Source of the DNA: Malacoraja senta
Taxonomy: Eukaryota
Length of the DNA: 64,000 bases
Assembly (NCBI GenBank): GCA_038087875.1
Contig: CM075988.1
Location: 4,526,001-4,590,000 of the forward strand
Direction of reading: 5' to 3'
The translations under genes and the position numbers were made by a program. Below, piece by piece: positions 61,130 through 64,000 of the stretch (position 1 is the stretch's first letter; the number at the start of each line of letters is the position of its first letter). The notes under the pieces are model-generated. The model was given only the letters and a program-made list of their open reading frames with translations. It was not told the DNA's origin and made no database searches.

Positions 61130-61760
61130 AATAAAGATGTAGATGGGGAGAATATTCAGAAATAGGAGGTGCAAAAGGATTTGAGAGTGTGGGTGCAGGA
61201 TTCCCAAAAAGTTAATCTGCAAATCGTATCGGTAGTAAGGAAGGCCAACACAATGCCCGCAATTATTTCAAGAGGACATGTATACAAAAACAGGGATGTA
61301 ATGCTGGGACTCTACAGGGCACTGCTCAGGCCACATTTGGAGTATTGTGCGCAATCTTGGACGTCATCTCTGAGGAAGGATGTGCCGGGGATCAGAGGAG
61401 GTTTACGAGAATGATCCCAGGAATGAGTAGGTTAACCTATGATGAGCGCTTGTCAGCACTGGGCCTGTACTCACTGGAGTTTAGAAGGATGACAGGGGAC
61501 CTCATTGAAACCTACCGAATAGTGAAAGGCCAAGGTAAAGTAGATGTGGAGAGGATGATTCCAGTAGTGGGAGAGTCTAGGACGTTCCTTTAGGAAGAAG
61601 ATGAGGAATTTCTTTAGTCAGGGGCTGGTGAACCTGTGGAATTCATTGCCACAGAATGCTGTGGAGGCCAAGTCAATGGTTATTTTTAAGGCAGAGAGAG
61701 ATAGATTCTTGATTAATGTGGATGCCAGGGGTTACTGGGACAAGGTAGGTGAATGGGGTT
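61130..61760 (+). mobile_element. CR1 3' fragment
   Basis: LYRALLRPHLEYCAQ, LGLYSLEFRRM.GDLIETY, NFFSQGLVNLWNSLP. Confidence 0.9.
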
Positions 61761-62744
61761 GTGCTGTACTGTTCTATGTTCCCTCTTCTATGAGTCTAAC
61801 CACTTCCCCTTCTCCTTTTACTTGGTATCACCCATATTGATATCTCAGCATCAATGTGATGAAGATCACGCCCATGACTCAGTGACTAGAAACCTATCTG
61901 GACCATCTGTGGAGTAAAAATTGGCATAAGTGTGGGACAGACTTTGCCACCTGGTCTGAACAGTACAAGGACCACCATCGCACCCCACCCCACCCCACCC
62001 CACCACCACCTTTGACAAACTGCAATGGGCTTTCTCCGGCATTCACAACGGGGAAATATAACTCAAAACTAAACCAAACCTTGGCAGATTTTGTTCACGA
62101 TTATATCAGTAACTGTGCAATGTAGCTCATTGCATGCAAAATGCCCAGGGAAGTTTCTGGGAGAAGTGATATACTGCTGGATAAATACAAGTTATTTCTT
62201 TCATGCCCAAAATGAGTAAATAAGCAAAGAATGAAATAGGCCTTCTAGAAATCTGACATCCACATTTTCATTATTTTTCCAAGACACAATCTTATCACGT
62301 TTCACGAATTCATTCATTTGGCAATATTTCAAATTATTCTGGCAGACAAGAATATCTGTTTGTTATATTTGAAATCGAAATTTTCTCAAGTGTATTCAAT
62401 TTATTTTTGGTCATCAGTTGCATCTTTATAGTTCCTTGGATATGTAAACATGATCCCTCAGCGTTCAACAGGGAAATGGAATATGCAAAAGGAATATGCA
62501 AGAATTATTCCTTTAGAAATTGTTCAATGATTGAAATTGGTTGAAATGTGGGCTTTTACAGTAATGGGGAGAGCTGACTTTCCCTTTTTAAAGGGGCTAC
62601 CTGAAACTAAATTAGTAATGAGTGAAATTATTGTCAATAATCTAATGGTAACGGTAACAGATACTATAATGAGTAAATCCTGTGTTAGAAACTCAAAACT
62701 GGACGACTGCTGCTGGAAATCTAAGAGAAGGAACAATTTCTTTA

Positions 62745-62952
62745 GACCCAAAATAGCTGGAGGAACTCAGCAGGTCAGACAGCGTCTCTGGAGAAAAGGA
62801 ATAGGCGATGTTTAAGGTTGAGACCCTTCTTCAGCCAGATCCGAAACTTCACCTATTAATTTTCTCCAGAGACGCTGTCAGACCTGCTGAGTAACCCCAG
62901 CTTTTTGTGTCCATCTTTGATTTAAACCAGCATCTGAAGTTCCTTCCTGCAC
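62745..62952. mobile_element. Palindromic PLE pseudo-LTR element
   Basis: ctcagcaggtcagacagcgtctctggagaaaa / ttttctccagagacgctgtcagacctgctgag. Confidence 0.85.
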
Positions 62953-62980
62953 TGAACAATTTCTTTAGATAGATGAAACT

Positions 62981-63632
62981 TCAAGTCAAGTCAAGTCAAG
63001 TTTATTCGTCACATAGGCATACGAGATGTGCAATGAAATGAAAAGTGGCAATGCTTGCGGATTGTGCAAAAAAAACTACAAAACAGAATGGAACAGAATC
63101 AGTAATTACATATTTGTGGGAGAGAGAAAAAAAAAAGAAGAAACAGCAATTTTAAAAAGACACCACACAGCAGTAAATTGGTACAGTAAGTTAGTCCCTG
63201 GTGAGATAGGAGTTTACAGTCCTAATGGTCTCTGAGAAGAAACACCTTCTCATCCTCTCTGTTTTCACAGCATGGCAACGGAGGCGTTTGCCTGACCGTA
63301 GCAGCTGGAACAGTCTGTTGCTGGGGTGGAAGGGGTCCCCCATGATCTTGTTGGCTCTGGATTTGCACCTTCTGATGTATAGTTCCTGCAGGGTGGGTGA
63401 GTGTAGTTCCCATAGTGCGTTCGGCCGAATGCACTACTCTCTGCAGAGCCTTCTTGTCCTGGGCAGAGCAGTTCCCAAACCAAATTGTGATGTTTCCGGA
63501 CAAGATGCTTTCCACAGCCTCTGAGTAGAAGCACTGGAGGATCCTCAGAGACATTCTGAATTTCCTCAATTGCCTGAGGTGGTAAAAGCGCTGCCTTGCC
63601 TTACTCACCAGTGCGGCAGCGTGTGATGTCCA
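62981..63632 (-). mobile_element. Rex1/Babar LINE 3' fragment
   Basis: KARQRFYHLRQLRKF...AVESILSGNITIWFGNC...LQRVV; (CTTGA)n tail. Confidence 0.92.
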
Positions 63633-64000
63633 TGTCCTTGTCGATGAATCTCCTCTGTTTATTAAAGTTGAAGGAGGGAATCCACCAAATTATAGAATCG
63701 TTTGTACCAGGAAAAGTCTTAAATCTGAATCATTTCTTATATTTTCTATTCCGGGCCAATTGCTCGTTGACGAACTATCTGCTGGAGGAACTTCACTGCT
63801 CCCCCCCTATCAGCTGGATCCATGTCCATTGGCCTTCACCCCTCCTCTGGCCCCTCACCACTCCATGGTGTGAAGGGCCTGTTCCTGAGCTGTTCTTGTT
63901 CTATATTCTATAGGAGTAACATACAGTAGCAAATGAAAATAAGAAAACTAGAAAAATATATATTGAATGATTTTTCACACAGATTTGAAATTGAAGAAGA

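Overview
Eukaryotic, repeat-dominated vertebrate DNA, most likely an elasmobranch (skate/ray/shark), judged from roughly 25 HE1-type V-SINEs and the CR1/HER1-like LINEs sharing their 3' tail. No host protein-coding gene can be confidently identified; almost all ORFs in the track are transposon-derived or spurious. Main contents: (i) a structurally complete DIRS1-like tyrosine-recombinase retrotransposon (26863-31346: gag, RT/RNaseH, adenine methyltransferase-like domain, YR, inverted termini plus ICR) and a second, heavily decayed DIRS with nearly intact right-end cis elements; (ii) many Penelope-like element (PLE) fragments whose pseudo-LTR carries a minimal hammerhead-ribozyme core, plus short palindromic elements made of that pseudo-LTR; (iii) about 10 PIF/Harbinger-type MITEs with shared termini; (iv) CR1, L2, Rex1/Babar, L1 and HERO LINE fragments, one L1 flanked by a ~580-bp direct duplication; (v) two solo LTRs, a Gypsy gag fossil, hAT ends and GC-rich non-autonomous retroposons. 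Family assignments are by eye from motif recognition; no searches were run, and boundaries of decayed repeats are approximate.
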